A stretch of 64,000 nucleotides of DNA from Candidatus Bathyarchaeota archaeon (GTDB lineage: Archaea > Thermoproteota > Bathyarchaeia > Bathyarchaeales > Bathycorpusculaceae). Shown in pieces: positions 61,159-64,000 of this stretch (position 1 is its first letter; each line of letters opens with the position of its first letter). Both the position numbers and the translations under genes were made by a program. The notes under the pieces are model-generated. The model searched no databases and was not told the DNA's origin. It saw nothing but the letters and a program-made list of their open reading frames with translations. Where the stretch lies: NCBI GenBank assembly GCA_963782525.1, contig CAWAKC010000002.1:1-64000 (forward strand), in the 5' to 3' direction.

Positions 61159-61531
61159 TCCGCAGACGGTTGGTTCATTTTCTCCGATATAAAACTTTTT
61201 GACGGGCTTTACAAAATCCAGATGGCAAATAGTTCTTAAAAGGAGTTAAAGTTGTCTTATTCCATTCAGGCACATAATTCTGGCATCTCATTGTCCTGTC
61301 CGACTTTAATATTCCCAGAAAGAGAATGCATCCGCAATAGAATCATTCCCAATTTGCGGTCGTAGGCACTGTGCTGCCATCAAAATTTTTATATTATTAG
61401 TAGAATTAGATTCATTTTTTAACATTAATATTTTATTTGTTAATAAAAAGCAAAATTGCTTGAATTGAACAACAGTAAAATAGCAATGTTTATAACATTC
61501 TGTCTTATAACATGCGGATATATATGATTGT

Positions 61532-61882
61532 ATGAGGGGAAGGGAATCAAGTTTGAGACGATCAAAACTAGAAATGTACATTGATATCCTCAACGTTTTG
61601 GGTCATCGAGGACCATTAAAGTTGACCCATATCATGTATAAAGCCAACATAAACTGTAGCGTACTCAATGAATACATAGACTTCCTGATCAAACAAGACC
61701 TAATCCAAAAACGAACGATCCAAAAAGAACGCATAGTTTTTGAAATCACCCAACGCGGTATAAAAGTATTGAAGTACTTCCGAGAACTAGAACAAGCGCT
61801 GCCTATATCGGAAGAAACTCGAAAACAAACAACACCATTGCTCACCCAACGGACGAATCGCACTTCAAAGTTTTCGATCTAA
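61532..61882 (+). CDS. Winged-helix regulator (RRSKLE / HTH_45-like); likely start TTG 61553
   Basis: 'RRSKLEMYIDILNVLGHRGPLKLTHIMYKANINCSVLNEY'. Confidence 0.88.
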   Translation: MRGRESSLRRSKLEMYIDILNVLGHRGPLKLTHIMYKANINCSVLNEYIDFLIKQDLIQKRTIQKERIVFEITQRGIKVLKYFRELEQALPISEETRKQTTPLLTQRTNRTSKFSI

Positions 61883-62113
61883 TAAGCAAAAACCAAATTC
61901 TTTCTCGAATCGAGCCATACAATCAAGCCAAATATTTTTTATTTCATATTTCAACATTTTCCAATAGTGAGAAAAACCCCGACAACCTTTTACTCTGGAA
62001 GGGCCAGATTTTGAAGGGTTTCATAGTTCTTTAAACGATGTAAATTGTTCTTCCAGTCACTTCATTTTTTGGAAGGAGGTCTAAAAAGAGGTTAACACTC
62101 AAGTAGCATTTTT

Positions 62114-63086
62114 TTAGCGCATTAGTAGTTCTTTGCCTTTATCAAAAACATATGCGAATTCTGCATATATCCTGAGGTAATACGCCCAATATCCTTTCCA
62201 TTTACCCTTTCCATTTACCGTATTTCTCAGCAATCTTTCAGACCTCTTCGTTAAATATTATTTCCTCTTTTCCATCATAAATTCTGCCGACATCTAAAGC
62301 AAGCTGCGGTTCTATGTTTGACGGTTTCTCCATTCTTCCAAGTCCTCGTATCATTACAAAGTTGGCAGACCAATCTCCAATACCTTTGATATCCATTAAC
62401 CAATCATGAACCTCATCATAAGGTGCTGTTCTAAGCCATTGTTCATCAACCTTAGAGAATGCTTCGGCTACAGCTAATAAGTACTCTTCTTTTCTCTTAT
62501 TTGGCACAAGCTTTGGCAGCTCGGTGGATGCAGCCAACAGATTAGACGGTTCAGGAAACGAATGATAATCAACTCCCTCGACTTTAATTTGACTACCAAG
62601 TCTCTTCATAATGTTGTCTTTCATTCTGTGAGCGATTTTCATTGGTATTCTCTGGGCTAGAATTGCCCAGCAAGCAATCTCAAAGGGCGTTAGGAACTTT
62701 ACTTGTTTGTGGCCATAGAATTGTTTTATTGCGGGCTGTATGCGCTCGTCTTTTTGCGCTATTTCATAAAACTCTTTTAGGTTGTCCTGAAGGCTTAGAA
62801 AGAAACTTATCCTGTCAACAATCAACTTTTGGGTTTCATCTGCGAACTTTGATTCTGAATATGCCGTAAATTCTAACATTGGTTTTTCAATGGTTCCTTT
62901 ATCGGCGACCTTGAATGCTATTGTTTTGCCCTTTACTTGGACAGCTTTTGTCAAGATGCCGGTTTTTACGACTTGTTCATCTTTCATTGGACTAAAATCA
63001 GATAGGAATTCGAGCGATTTGGAAAAATTAAAAGGCGCAACAGGCTTCAAGGTACTTTCAAAAGAATAAAGACTCAAAAAACACAA
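62114..63086 (-). pseudogene. alkA: AlkA-like DNA-3-methyladenine glycosylase (HhH-GPD) with a premature TGA and a 13-bp tandem duplication
   Basis: 'PFEIACWAILAQ', 'IKGIGDWSA'; after TGA 62238 the frame resumes 'KIAEKYGKWKG/YWAYYLR'; cctttccatttac x2 at 62193-62218. Confidence 0.85.
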
Positions 63087-63693
63087 TAAAATTATTGTGT
63101 AGGAACAGCTATTTTAAGAATCGTTAATTTGGTAACTTAACATGCATTTTTTCAATTTATCCTAATAGTTTTGGTAGCTTCAGCTAACTTTTTTTAAATG
63201 CAAAGAGGTCTTCAAGCCCTTTAATTAGACATGTTTAAGACGGAAAAAGTAAGAAGGAAGTCGAAATATTTCAGTTAAAGTCCACGTGATTCTTAATCAC
63301 TTGTTTTTAGGCTCAGATAAGTTGGTATCAAAAGAATTAATTCAGATTTAATTTGCGATCTTTAGCTTTAATTTGCTTAGAATCTTTTGTGCACCATTTT
63401 TACCCAAGTCACAATTTATAGCTGAGAAATCTGCAATGTTTTGAAGTTCTCGAAACTTCCTTAAGTACTCTACATTTGAATTTTTATGTGCTTCGAAGGT
63501 ATATTCGACGAGGTTTCTATCAGTTTAGTGTATTCCAACTCGGCTAAATATGAAACAAGCATTTGCGGCTTAGATTAAACTTCTCATTATTGCTCAACTG
63601 ACATCCGAGGTTTTTGGTACTGTTCCAGAATTCATTTATTATACGCAAATGTTCCCGATTTTTCTTTCCGCCAATGACAGACAATTTTAAACC

Positions 63694-63990
63694 TCAAAAA
63701 GTTGCTGCTTTGTCCAGTGCTTGCACAATCAAAAGATTCTGTATTCGTGCTTCTTCAAAAGCAGCTTTCGCAATATCTTTTTCTTTTTTCGCATGTTCAG
63801 CAGCGTGAACTTCAATAGCTTTGCCCATAGCTTTTAAATCGGGAACTAATAGAATTACAAACCCACATTCACAAATAATGAATGAACTAGCTTTCGTCTT
63901 TCTTTGTTTTTTCTTTGTCGACAAAGTTTCATCAACCGATTTGCTCAGATTGATACTTGTACAGAAAATGCTTAAGAGGGATGTTCCCAA
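63694..63990 (-). CDS. CxC...HxxxH zinc-finger protein ('VPDLKAM' family)
   Basis: 'IICECGFVILLVPDLKAMGKAIEVHAAEHAK'; start uncertain at the window edge. Confidence 0.75.
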   Translation of the reverse strand: MGTSLLSIFCTSINLSKSVDETLSTKKKQRKTKASSFIICECGFVILLVPDLKAMGKAIEVHAAEHAKKEKDIAKAAFEEARIQNLLIVQALDKAATF

Positions 63991-64000
63991 AGCAAGAATA

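Noticed and set aside
62238-62240. Selenocysteine or other read-through of TGA in alkA
   Set aside because: Position is not catalytic, and a frameshifting duplication follows about 20 nt later

Overview
Archaeal genomic window, most consistent with Bathyarchaeia. This is an inference from the group II thermosome, archaeal class III signal-peptide pilins, a TFS paralog, a PQQ-like beta-propeller surface protein and expanded RRSKLE-type winged-helix regulators. Layout: 1-14.6 kb is an intact cell-surface and type IV pilus locus (two Ig/repeat surface proteins, a degenerate RAD55/KaiC ATPase, major pilin, assembly ATPase, two TadC-like proteins, two minor pilins). 15.4-19.6 kb is a patch of short virus- or element-like ORFs with paralog pairs and a twice-occurring 19-bp palindrome. 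19.7-23 kb holds TRAM, thermosome and Hsp20 genes. 25.7-28.9 kb holds a SagB-type nitroreductase and a prenylcysteine-oxidase-like flavoprotein next to a UbiA prenyltransferase. 29.9-43.4 kb is a partly frameshifted two-component signalling island that includes a REC-TrmB regulator. 43.8-64 kb holds a HerA-like ATPase, a pilin-Ig adhesin fusion, a beta-propeller surface protein, a TFS paralog, an FAD monooxygenase, a second Hsp20, PadR and an alkA pseudogene. The most notable unexplained items are: (i) a five-hairpin non-coding element at about 49.96-50.22 kb whose arms alternate between CAA/TTG and GAA/TTC, with a diverged copy at 57.55-57.72 kb; (ii) the prenylcysteine-oxidase-like/UbiA pair; (iii) a duplicated divergent cassette of a wHTH regulator and a CxC..HxxxH zinc-finger protein with conserved promoter DNA; (iv) modular domain sharing between surface proteins and a pilin. 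No rRNA, tRNA, CRISPR array, integrase or transposase was recognised. All family calls come from reading motifs by eye, not from database searches.
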